Assembly (NCBI GenBank): GCA_002839435.1 | Contig: PGYA01000012.1 | Span: 1,914-65,913 of the forward strand | Length of the DNA stretch: 64,000 bases | Reading direction: 5' to 3' | Source: Candidatus Riflebacteria bacterium HGW-Riflebacteria-2 | GTDB lineage: Bacteria > Muiribacteriota > Ozemobacteria > Ozemobacterales > Ozemobacteraceae | Translations under genes and position numbers: made by a program | Notes under the pieces: model-generated | Seen by the model: the letters and a program-made list of their open reading frames with translations, nothing else | Databases searched by the model: none | What the model was told of the DNA's origin: nothing | Part shown: positions 56,271 through 64,000 of the stretch, piece after piece | Numbering within the stretch: position 1 is the first letter of the stretch | Layout: the number at the start of each line of letters is the position of its first letter

Positions 56271-56369
56271 AAAAAGTACAAACTCTTTACACCCAGCCTT
56301 ACTTGATGACAGTTTAACTACTCACCGAGAATTGCTGACTTTGTGGCTTTGTGCGGGGTTCGATATCTT

Positions 56370-57119
56370 TCAGGATTTTATGCGGTCGAGGAGGGGTTTT
56401 AGTTTGCGGGCGGCGGCGAGGGTGGCGAGGCCGGCGCCGGCGGCAATGGAGAGCGGCAGCCATAGTTTGCATGAATAGGCGCGGTTGTAGTGCTCGAAAA
56501 GTTCTATTTCATGCGGGATGCCGGCGGTCAGGTCGGTTTCATCGAGCCTGAGCAGGATGGCGCTGCAGTCATCGCCGTCGTAAACAGAGGTTGTCTGTTG
56601 CTCAAAAGTTGCGAAACCATTGACGTTGGTTGCGGCGAGCATGCCGTTTAGTGCGGGCTGCAGTTGCTGCGAGCTGAGCGCTGCCGCGGCGCCTTCAGAT
56701 ACGAGCATAAGCGCTGTACCGGTTGCGGCCGGAACGGCAAACTCGCGTTGTTCGAGCCAGTTCTGTTCTGGCAGGGCAGAGAGCAGGCGGCAGGCACCGG
56801 TTGCGAAAACGGCGACGGTGCCGCGGCTGATCCAGGCAGCAGCGACGTCGCAGCGACTGTTTGTGAGTTCAGGGGTTGCATTCTGGCTGGCGAGTTCAAA
56901 CGCCTCGCGTAGTCGGAAAAGGTTTTCGTCGCCGCCGGTTACCGGCGCGATTTCGCGCAGGCGCTGGAAGACAGCGGCGGCAGTGTATTCTGCCAGCCGC
57001 TTCCCGGCCAGGCCATGGCCGTCAGCGATGATTGCCAGGCGCAGATCAGGGTCAACGAACAGGTGATCCTGGTTGTCGTCTCTGATGCTGCCGGTATGCG
57101 AGAAAGATTGAACCTGCAT
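56370..57119 (-). CDS. PP2C-family Ser/Thr phosphatase with C-terminal TM helix
   Basis: SHTGSIRDDNQDHLFV...LAIIADGHG (PP2C motifs 1 and 2) and a C-terminal hydrophobic helix LWLPLSIAAGAGLATLAAA. ATG 1 nt after the upstream gene's stop. The tracker start at 57170 is an extension. Confidence 0.75.
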   Translation of the reverse strand: MQVQSFSHTGSIRDDNQDHLFVDPDLRLAIIADGHGLAGKRLAEYTAAAVFQRLREIAPVTGGDENLFRLREAFELASQNATPELTNSRCDVAAAWISRGTVAVFATGACRLLSALPEQNWLEQREFAVPAATGTALMLVSEGAAAALSSQQLQPALNGMLAATNVNGFATFEQQTTSVYDGDDCSAILLRLDETDLTAGIPHEIELFEHYNRAYSCKLWLPLSIAAGAGLATLAAARKLKPLLDRIKS

Positions 57120-57120
57120 G

Positions 57121-60100
57121 TCAGATTCCGGCGGGGGCCTTGTGGTCGAGCATGCGGGTGTGGGCGGCAACGAGTTGCTGAACTTTTTCGACGACGTCGA
57201 GCAGGCCTTTCGAGCGCAGGCCGGCGATCAGCGCATCGACGAAGACGAGCTTGACCTTGGGATGAGTTGGTTCGACGTAGCCGGCGCCGCGGTCGTCACC
57301 GAGAATCCAGTAGGTCAGGCGGTCGCAATAGGGCACCCAATTCGAGAAGTCGCTGAAATCAGAGTAGGCGCTGAGTTTTGGAATGACGATCTGCGGCACA
57401 TACTCGATCTGGTTGGCAGCGTTGATATAGATGCGCTCGTTCTCAGGCACGATGGGCGCGATCTTGAGATTGGGCAGCGTGACCTTGAAGCGGGCCTTGC
57501 CAAAGTGGTTGATAGCGATCTTTTCGGCGATGGTTTCCCATCTGGCGTTGATTTCGCGGACTTCGTGGGCGTAGTTGAACAGCGCCTTCTGAAAGATTTC
57601 GTTGGTTTTGAGCTCTTCGATGCAGTTCTCGAGCGCCATGAAATGCGAATGGTTGAACAGGCTGCCGAGCATCTGGCCGAGGCCGTTGTTGATGAAGTGG
57701 CGGCGGGTGAGGTGCTGCGCCGCTTTTTCGGGGGAAATGTGCAGGCGGTCGTTTATCAGCCACTCAGTAGCCTGGCGGGCTGTTGTCATGGCCTCGGACG
57801 ACTTCCAGAGTTCTGACTGTTCGTTGAACTGCCAGGGTTTGAAACGGTCGGGGTAGGCGTTTTCGATGACCTGTGAGAGGTTCTGGTTAAAGAGGTCGAG
57901 CAGTTTGGAAAGGCCGTTAGTATGGAATTCACGTATGGAAATGCGCTTGGGGATTTCTTCGATCGGCATGCCCAGGCGTTCTTCGATGAGCCAGCGGGTG
58001 GCGCTGGCAGCGACTTCGAGGCGGTCTTCCTGAAACCAGATCAGGGGTTCTTCTTCGGCGAACTGCCAGGGCTTGAACACATTGGGGTAAAGGTTGTTTA
58101 CCAGCTGAAAACATGAATCACTGAACTTTTCGAGCAGGCTGCCGAGGTTGTTTTCCTTGAAGATGGCGCGACTGAGCATGACCGGCAGGTCGCCGCGACT
58201 GCAGCCGAGTTTTTCGCTCATCAGCCATTCAAGCGCTTCTCTGGCACAGGACATGAGGTCGCGGTTTTCCAGCCACTGTTCGGTTTCTCCGAACTGCCAG
58301 GGCTTGAATTTGCCGGGAGCTGCGAGTTCGATCATGGCGGCGCGACTGCGGTTGGCCCACAGGTATATTTGCTCAAGGCCGGTATCGACAATGAACTGCT
58401 CGGAAAAGTATTCGGGCAGTTCTTCGGGCTTCTGAATGCGGAAGCGCAGCTTTTCGAGGGCGGCTTTAATGGCGAGTGATGCCCAGATCGGAGCCTGACT
58501 GGGGTCGGCAAAGATGCACGCAGGTATTTCGCCGTGTTTCTCGAAGATCATGCCGATGACATCGGCGATGTCAGCTTCGCTCATTTCCGCCGGCATTTTG
58601 CCGAAGTAGCTGTTGAAGCCTTCGAGAGTGCGCTCGAGGTTGCGCATCTGCATGAGTTCGCGCACCTGTAGAACTGGAAGGTGTAGCTTTTCAGCGAGTT
58701 TTTCATCGCTCAGGAAGAGATATTCCTTCTCAAGCGCAGTGATGATCGTCTTGATGACAGGGTCGTTGAGGTCGATGGTTGCGCGTTTCTGCTGTGATGG
58801 CTGCGCCGCGCTGACCTGAGCCTGCATGGTATTGGGCTGCATTGCTGCCGACATTGGTTGCATCTGAACCGGCAGAATATAGTTCGTGCCTCCGCCACCA
58901 AGCATGCCTGAAAGTGGAATCCGCTTTTCATCATCGTCGGAAGGAGTTACATAGACGACTTCTTCGAGTGTCGATTCGCCGGCGATGGCAAGATCTATCG
59001 CCATTTCGCGCAGGGTGCGCATGCCTTCGAGGCGTGCGACGCGCTTGATGGCCATTTCGGTGCCGCCTTCCATAATGACGTCTTTCATTGAAGCGGTTAC
59101 AACCATGGTTTCATAGACGCCAGTACGGCCAAGGGTGCCGGTCTGGTTGCAATCACGGCAGCCGACGCCTTTATAGAATTTTGTTCCGATCAGTTTGCCG
59201 GGGTTGAGGTTGAGGCGCTGCATGATGCTCTGCGAAGGCCGGTATTCGGTTTTGCAGGTCGGGCAGTTGCGGTGCAAAAGTTTCTGAGCGACAACGACGC
59301 GCACGGCTGCGGTTACCAGGTAGGCTGGCACGCCCATGTTGATGAGGCGGTTGATGCTGGCTGGCGCGTTGTTGGTATGCAGTGTCGATAATACCTTGTG
59401 GCCGGTTAGAGAGGCTCTGAATGCTATTTCAGCGGTCTCTAGATCGCGGATTTCGCCGACGAGAATGACGTCGGGATCCTGACGCAGAGCCGTGCGCAGG
59501 CCGCTGGCAAAATCGAGACCGATTTTGTCGTTGATCTGAACCTGGGTAATGCCAGGTATTCGGTATTCAACCGGGTTCTCGATAGTGAAAATATTGATTT
59601 CGTTACTCGAAAAATATTTGAGCATGCCGAACAGGGTCGTGGTTTTACCAGCGCCAGTCGGGCCGGTGACAAGGATCAGGCCATAAGGTTCATCGAGCGC
59701 AGATTTGAGGCGCACGAGATCTTCTGGAAAAAAGCCGATGTTATCGAGTTCGAACTTGGTTTCGCGCTGGAGAAGGCGCAGAACCGCCTTTTCGCCAAGC
59801 AGGCTTGGCACGGTGCTGACGCGGAAGTCGATTTCCTTGTCCTGCATTTTTACTTTCAGGCGGCCATCCTGGGGAAGACGGCGTTCAGCGATGTCGAGAT
59901 GCGAGAGAATTTTTATGCGGCTGATCAGTGGCGCAATCAAACTTTTGGGGCCAGTCATCGCGTCATGCAGCATGCCGTCTACTCTGAAGCGCACCAGCAA
60001 TATGTCTTCGCGTGGTTCTACGTGAATGTCGGAAGCGCGTTTGAGAATAGCCTGCTTGAAAACAGCGTTGAGAAACTGCACGACTGCGCTCTGCTCGGAA

Positions 60101-60624
60101 GTCTTGCGGACGACCTCGATGCCTGAATCGGCCGCTTCCTGCAACTCGCTGCGTGATTCATCGCCGGCTACCGAGAAGCCTTCCCATGAGTAAAGTTGCC
60201 TGATGGCCAGCTCTATCTGGTTTTTGGGGGCGATAAGTATTTCAAGTTTACATTGAGTGAGAAATGCGATCATGTCGGTTGCCATGATGTCGAAGGGGTC
60301 GGCCATTACGACGGTGAGCTTGTTGCCTTCGCGCTTGTAGGGGATCATTTTATACTGTTTGGCTTGGTAATCGGGGATCAGCTGCAGAATTTTTGCATCG
60401 ACCTTGATGTTGGTAAGGTCGATGACGGAAATGCCGAGGAATTCAGCCCAGAGTTCGAGAATCTGGCGCTCAGAAAGAAAACCCAGCCTGATAATTATAT
60501 CTTCGAGCCGTTCGAGAGTCTGGGCCTTGATGATTCTGGCTTTTTCAAGTTGTTCTTCGCTGAGCAGGCCCTTTTGCAGCATCAGGCTTTCGACAGTCTG
60601 TTTGGTGGTAGCAATGTTGTTCAT
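57121..60624 (-). CDS. GspE/PilB-family secretion ATPase with roughly 600-aa C-terminal extension containing three tandem repeats
   Basis: T2SSE_N domain, Walker A GPTGAGKTTT, Asp and His boxes, tetra-Cys (CPTC...CRDC). Then a Q/M/A-rich linker, then three roughly 75-aa repeats (YP..FKPWQF...W......A..A.EWL...RLG...E........F..NGL..LL..F), then a roughly 200-aa tail. 1167 aa in total. GGAGA RBS. Confidence 0.8.
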   Translation of the reverse strand: MNNIATTKQTVESLMLQKGLLSEEQLEKARIIKAQTLERLEDIIIRLGFLSERQILELWAEFLGISVIDLTNIKVDAKILQLIPDYQAKQYKMIPYKREGNKLTVVMADPFDIMATDMIAFLTQCKLEILIAPKNQIELAIRQLYSWEGFSVAGDESRSELQEAADSGIEVVRKTSEQSAVVQFLNAVFKQAILKRASDIHVEPREDILLVRFRVDGMLHDAMTGPKSLIAPLISRIKILSHLDIAERRLPQDGRLKVKMQDKEIDFRVSTVPSLLGEKAVLRLLQRETKFELDNIGFFPEDLVRLKSALDEPYGLILVTGPTGAGKTTTLFGMLKYFSSNEINIFTIENPVEYRIPGITQVQINDKIGLDFASGLRTALRQDPDVILVGEIRDLETAEIAFRASLTGHKVLSTLHTNNAPASINRLINMGVPAYLVTAAVRVVVAQKLLHRNCPTCKTEYRPSQSIMQRLNLNPGKLIGTKFYKGVGCRDCNQTGTLGRTGVYETMVVTASMKDVIMEGGTEMAIKRVARLEGMRTLREMAIDLAIAGESTLEEVVYVTPSDDDEKRIPLSGMLGGGGTNYILPVQMQPMSAAMQPNTMQAQVSAAQPSQQKRATIDLNDPVIKTIITALEKEYLFLSDEKLAEKLHLPVLQVRELMQMRNLERTLEGFNSYFGKMPAEMSEADIADVIGMIFEKHGEIPACIFADPSQAPIWASLAIKAALEKLRFRIQKPEELPEYFSEQFIVDTGLEQIYLWANRSRAAMIELAAPGKFKPWQFGETEQWLENRDLMSCAREALEWLMSEKLGCSRGDLPVMLSRAIFKENNLGSLLEKFSDSCFQLVNNLYPNVFKPWQFAEEEPLIWFQEDRLEVAASATRWLIEERLGMPIEEIPKRISIREFHTNGLSKLLDLFNQNLSQVIENAYPDRFKPWQFNEQSELWKSSEAMTTARQATEWLINDRLHISPEKAAQHLTRRHFINNGLGQMLGSLFNHSHFMALENCIEELKTNEIFQKALFNYAHEVREINARWETIAEKIAINHFGKARFKVTLPNLKIAPIVPENERIYINAANQIEYVPQIVIPKLSAYSDFSDFSNWVPYCDRLTYWILGDDRGAGYVEPTHPKVKLVFVDALIAGLRSKGLLDVVEKVQQLVAAHTRMLDHKAPAGI

Positions 60625-60639
60625 GGTTTTCTCCAGCTC

Positions 60640-61395
60640 TTACCTGACTTCGACGCGGAAAGAACGCCGTTCGAGCGATCTGGTGGCGTCCTGGGTGTCG
60701 TGATAGGCGAATAAATGGAACTCAACGTGGCCGACCCGTTTTGGATGGAAGGTGACAATGACTTTGTCGGCGGATCTGTTGACAGAATGCACTGAAATGC
60801 GGTTGTCGTTGTAGACATAATCGATCTGCCAGTCGAGTTCATAGGTGCCAGAATAGCGCGGCAGTTCTATGTCGAACATCTGGTTGAGGCGGGTTTCGAT
60901 GAGCTGCTGCGGCTTGATTGCCGGCGGTAGCAGTCTGATTATACAGTCATTGGAAACCAGGTGCCGCGGCGAGAGCATGGCCATGCCATGGATTTTATAA
61001 ATGCTGTGGGGAAGGGCCTCGCCGTTGCGGTCAACGGTAAGCCAGGTCAGTTGCTGTGAACGGGTTTCGCCGCGTTTCAGTGGAATGGTGTGTGGGGCAT
61101 CGGCCCAGGTATAGCCCTGCGACCATCGGTATATCTGGGTATGCCCGTGGTAGGCAGCGAGATCCCATTGCTGGCCGGTCGGATAATGGACATTGATCGT
61201 GTGATTGGTGCGGTTGCGGATGGTAATGGTGAAAGTCGCGATGGTTCCAGATATCAGTTCAGACTTTTCTGGTGTAATGGTTACCTGCAGATCGGCAGGA
61301 TTGATAAATTCCCATTTGCGCAATCTTTCTGCGGGAAGAATGGTGGTAGACAGCAGTAATATGAGGAGCACACATAATGTATGTTGGTATTTCAT
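60640..61395 (-). CDS. Secreted hypothetical protein (252 aa), first gene of the atypical ATPase operon
   Basis: Signal peptide MKYQHTLCVLLILLLSTTILPA when started at the internal ATG at 61395. The tracker extension to 61629 has no signal peptide logic. Beta-rich, no known motif. 15 nt upstream of the ATPase gene. Confidence 0.5.
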   Translation of the reverse strand: MKYQHTLCVLLILLLSTTILPAERLRKWEFINPADLQVTITPEKSELISGTIATFTITIRNRTNHTINVHYPTGQQWDLAAYHGHTQIYRWSQGYTWADAPHTIPLKRGETRSQQLTWLTVDRNGEALPHSIYKIHGMAMLSPRHLVSNDCIIRLLPPAIKPQQLIETRLNQMFDIELPRYSGTYELDWQIDYVYNDNRISVHSVNRSADKVIVTFHPKRVGHVEFHLFAYHDTQDATRSLERRSFRVEVR

Positions 61396-61589
61396 AGACA
61401 AGATGATACAACACCTGCCCGACTCTGCAAAGCATTTGCTGGTTATTTTAGAAACCTGCGATATTTTCGATCCCGATCCCGATCCCGGCGGTGGGGCATT
61501 GACACTATTCGGAAGGATTCTTATAATTGGAAGGTAATTGTACCGTTTGATCTGAAAGTCGCTTTGTTTTAAGAGCGGAGGGAAATAAT

Positions 61590-63179
61590 ATGAAGCTGTT
61601 TGATACAAAAGCTTTGCGAAGAGTCTCACTGTTGACTGTGGTCATGTTCGTGCTGTCCACTTTCGGCGCGTATGCCCAGGTTCCTGAAGTAACCATACCG
61701 GTTTCCAACACCCAGCCGGTGGATCTTTCGATTCTCAATAACGTTCTGCCTGAACTTAACAACCTGCAGAGCAACCTGAGAACGGCTCAGAGTACTCTGG
61801 TAAGCCTTGAGAGAGTTTCGGCGCCTCTTTACGACAAGATCGCGCCCAGCAACATGCAGGCAATGAGCATTGGCGAGCGCCTCAAAGCGATTCTCGGCAA
61901 TGCCAAATCGTTGCTCGGCAACACTCTCAATACATCTGGCCAGCAGGCCAAGGCTGCTATAGCCGCAGGCGAGTCCCCGCTTATGCTCTCATACGATCAA
62001 CAGCTTGCTTATGGGGTTGAACAGCTTGGCGTGCAGGCGAGCAAGATTCAGTCGAGTGGCAAGATGGGGCCGGCTCTTGACAAGATCAAGGCGATTCTGG
62101 CCACGATCAAGAACTCCATGCAGAATATCATCACTGCCATTCGGGCCAAGATTTTTGCCGTCGGCCAGAAGGTCGGCTTGATCAGCAAGGATAAAACCTT
62201 CGAAAATGGCAAGGTTAAAGACGCTGAGGGAAGCGGCGAAAAGATGATGCTCGATGCTTCGGCTGACGTGCAGTATGCCGATACATTTTCGGGCAAGATG
62301 GCCAAGGGTGTCAGCGAAGGAACCCAGGCTGCCAAGACTTCTCTCAAAAACAGCTTCTCGTTCAGCAATCTTGCAATTACCACTACAGTAGCCGTTGGAA
62401 CCAACCTGGCAATCGACATGATACATGGCAACAAGCCCTCGTTTTCGAAGGCGGTTAAATCTGTTGCTTCTCTCGAATTCGCCGGTAACGTGGTTGGCTC
62501 AGCTCTTGGTGCCGCCGGTGGCCAGTTCACCGCGACTCTGGTCAAGACTTTCATTCCGGGGCCGGTTGGCGCACTTGTCGGTTCGGTTATTCCGATAATG
62601 TTTGCTTCTGCTTCCGGTCAGATGGGTTCCAACCTGATCAGTGGCCTCAAGAATGGCGAATTTTCAGTAGCCAAGGCTTTCAAGGCTATCGACAAGGTTG
62701 ATCTCGTAGGATCTTCGATTGGTTCAGCCATTGGTATGGCGCTTGGCGCTCCGATACCGGTAATCGGGCCGATAATCGGTGGTATCGTCGGTGGTTTCCT
62801 GGGCAGTAAGGTTGCTAAGCTTATTGCCGGCTTTACCAAGGGTGGCAAGATCACCAATATTTTTGGCAAGGGCAGTCAGGTTGCCGAACAGACAAGCAGT
62901 AACGTAGGTTTCCCGGTTACCATAGGCTCTGTGGCAGGAACTGCTCGCGGAACCGGCCCGGCAGTAATGGGCAGCGTTTCGGCAGATGCGGCGCCGGTGA
63001 CGGTAGCAGCTTCGAGTGAGCGCCTGGTCGAAGTCGAAAAGAAATACTACGATACTTACCTTCAGTATAACCGCATGGTTGAAGCCAATGACCAGGACGG
63101 CGCCAAAAAGATATTCGAAGAACTCAAGAAATATTCAGACGAATACACTGCACTCAAAAAGCAGCTCAAGGCTGAATAA
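61590..63179 (+). CDS. Secreted protein with glycine-zipper segments and C-terminal coiled coil (529 aa)
   Basis: GGAGGG RBS and a signal peptide ending AYA. Two G/A/S/I-rich segments (GxxxG-type zippers, e.g. IGPIIGGIVGGFLGSKV). The C-terminus is Lys/Glu-rich and helical. Confidence 0.55.
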   Translation: MKLFDTKALRRVSLLTVVMFVLSTFGAYAQVPEVTIPVSNTQPVDLSILNNVLPELNNLQSNLRTAQSTLVSLERVSAPLYDKIAPSNMQAMSIGERLKAILGNAKSLLGNTLNTSGQQAKAAIAAGESPLMLSYDQQLAYGVEQLGVQASKIQSSGKMGPALDKIKAILATIKNSMQNIITAIRAKIFAVGQKVGLISKDKTFENGKVKDAEGSGEKMMLDASADVQYADTFSGKMAKGVSEGTQAAKTSLKNSFSFSNLAITTTVAVGTNLAIDMIHGNKPSFSKAVKSVASLEFAGNVVGSALGAAGGQFTATLVKTFIPGPVGALVGSVIPIMFASASGQMGSNLISGLKNGEFSVAKAFKAIDKVDLVGSSIGSAIGMALGAPIPVIGPIIGGIVGGFLGSKVAKLIAGFTKGGKITNIFGKGSQVAEQTSSNVGFPVTIGSVAGTARGTGPAVMGSVSADAAPVTVAASSERLVEVEKKYYDTYLQYNRMVEANDQDGAKKIFEELKKYSDEYTALKKQLKAE

Positions 63180-63188
63180 TCGCACAAT

Positions 63189-63237
63189 AAAAGCCGGGGC
63201 AGTTCTTTTCGAAGAACTGCCCCGGCTTTTATTTTTT
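63189..63237 (+). terminator. Rho-independent terminator
   Basis: 18-bp stem AAAGCCGGGGCAGTTCTT / AAGAACTGCCCCGGCTTT with a TTCG loop, followed by TATTTTTT. Confidence 0.75.
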
Positions 63238-63333
63238 CCGTCATTCTGGATTCTGCGACTTCGCCTGACGATTGATTTTGTTCGAGGGTTTAAAAGATCA
63301 GTGCTCAGTCATAAATGAGCGAATAAATTCGCG

Positions 63334-63414
63334 GTCATTGCGAGGAGGGCCTCAGCCCGACGAAGCAATCTCACAGACGAGAGATTGCTTCGTCATTACG
63401 CTCCTTGTAATGAC
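63334..63414. repeat. Dispersed palindromic intergenic element, copy 3 (with adjacent related fragment 63241-63270)
   Basis: GTCATTGCGAGGAGGGCCTCAGCCCGACGAAGCAATCTC...GAGATTGCTTCGTCATTACG...GTAATGAC. The first 37 nt match copy 1 at 33 of 37 positions. Confidence 0.55.
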
Positions 63415-63499
63415 AATTTTTAAACATGCTTTCAATTTAGTCAAAAGAGTAGTATCATATCGCAACCTTTTGTTTTGAGCTGTTTTTTGAGGTATTTCA

Positions 63500-64000
63500 G
63501 TGAATATACTAGTGCTCGGTTCTGGTGCCAGAGAGCATTCGATGGTGCATGCCCTGTCGCGCTCCCCGTCGGTACATCAGATCGTTGCCTGCCCAGGTAA
63601 TGCTGGAATGGGTAATACTGGCATCTGTCGCCGCGTACCGTTCAAAGATAATGCCGAGCTGGTGCGCTTCTGTAAAGACAAAATCGAGCTGGCGGTTGTC
63701 GGCTCTTCGAAATTCGTCGAAGACGGAACTGTCGATGCTCTCGTGCTTGCCGGCATTCCGGTTATCGGGCCCGCCGAAGATGCCGGTCGCATCGAGACCA
63801 GCAAGGCTTTTGCCGCCAAGTTTATGGCTCGCCAGCACCTGCCTTCGCCGCGCACACACATAGTGGTCAATGCCGATGAGATAGCGGCCGCGTTCGCTGC
63901 CGACAACGAAATTCGCGTTGTTAAATGTGACGGTTTTTCGCATGGAAGTGGTGTCGTTGTCGCTGATAGTCTCGAAGAAGCAAAAGCAGCGGCGCTGAAA
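63500..64000 (+). CDS. purD: Phosphoribosylamine--glycine ligase (5' partial; continues beyond the window)
   Basis: GTG start with a GAGGT RBS. Translation VNILVLGSGAREHSMVHALSRSP...ACPGNAG matches the PurD N-terminus. Not in the ORF track because it is open-ended. Confidence 0.85.
   Translation, partial: MNILVLGSGAREHSMVHALSRSPSVHQIVACPGNAGMGNTGICRRVPFKDNAELVRFCKDKIELAVVGSSKFVEDGTVDALVLAGIPVIGPAEDAGRIETSKAFAAKFMARQHLPSPRTHIVVNADEIAAAFAADNEIRVVKCDGFSHGSGVVVADSLEEAKAAALK

Noticed and set aside
1-64000. tRNA, rRNA, CRISPR array, IS transposase, integrase or prophage genes
   Set aside because: No tRNA-like cloverleaf or T-loop motif (GGTTCGAATCC) in intergenic regions. No spacer-repeat arrays. 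No transposase- or integrase-like ORFs. The repeats found are short palindromic elements and microsatellites only.

Overview
This 64 kb window is bacterial chromosome with a moderately high GC content and strong Shine-Dalgarno sites on most genes. That argues against Bacteroidetes proper, even though two giant proteins carry T9SS-type C-terminal sorting domains; a guess, at low confidence, is an FCB-superphylum or candidate-phylum lineage. I found no rRNA, tRNA, CRISPR array, transposase or prophage genes. The ORF tracker accepts TTG/GTG as start codons, so several gene starts were re-set to an internal ATG preceded by a ribosome-binding site.

The window contains, in order:

- **1-5.7 kb (+ strand):** rlmN, a membrane protein with three PASTA domains, a tail-anchored pseudokinase, rpe, and a TPR protein. 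This looks like the conserved rlmN-(stp/pknB)-rpe neighbourhood with the PknB-like protein split into two ORFs, reordered, and catalytically degenerate.
- **5.9-7.1 kb (- strand):** prepilin peptidase pilD and a type IVa pilin.
- **7.3-20.8 kb:** a cell-envelope glycan or protein-glycosylation cluster. It includes:
  - three paralogous multi-TM proteins that I read as GT-C-like, two of them in tandem;
  - a DPM1-like GT2;
  - a B12-binding radical SAM enzyme;
  - an AsnB-family amidotransferase;
  - a TMTC-like GT-C protein with TPR repeats;
  - two SAM-dependent methyltransferases.
- **20.8-26.3 kb (- strand):** pilT, pilB, aroE, a STAS anti-sigma-factor antagonist, and a small FadL/PorV-like outer-membrane beta-barrel protein.
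- **26.5-50.2 kb (- strand):** two tandem cassettes, each a giant surface protein (3303 aa and 4020 aa; Ig-like repeat rich, with a conserved T9SS/FlgD-Ig-like C-terminal domain) followed immediately by a paralogous Gly/Thr-linker lipoprotein. This is the most striking part of the window.
- **50.4-54.0 kb:** a hicA/hicB toxin-antitoxin pair with a translationally coupled unknown gene, and a secreted vWA protein with MORN-like repeats.
- **54.3-55.7 kb:** hisS.
- **56.4-61.4 kb (- strand):** a three-gene operon of a secreted protein, a 1167-aa GspE/PilB-family ATPase carrying a roughly 600-aa C-terminal extension of three tandem repeats, and a PP2C phosphatase with a C-terminal TM helix. This operon is also unusual.
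- **61.6-64.0 kb:** a glycine-zipper secreted protein, and the 5' end of purD.

Non-coding features include a dispersed roughly 80-nt palindromic element (three copies plus one fragment), a recurring direct-repeat leader motif GATTACGATTACGAG at three loci, an (AAG) microsatellite of about 20 units upstream of hisS, and several intrinsic terminators.
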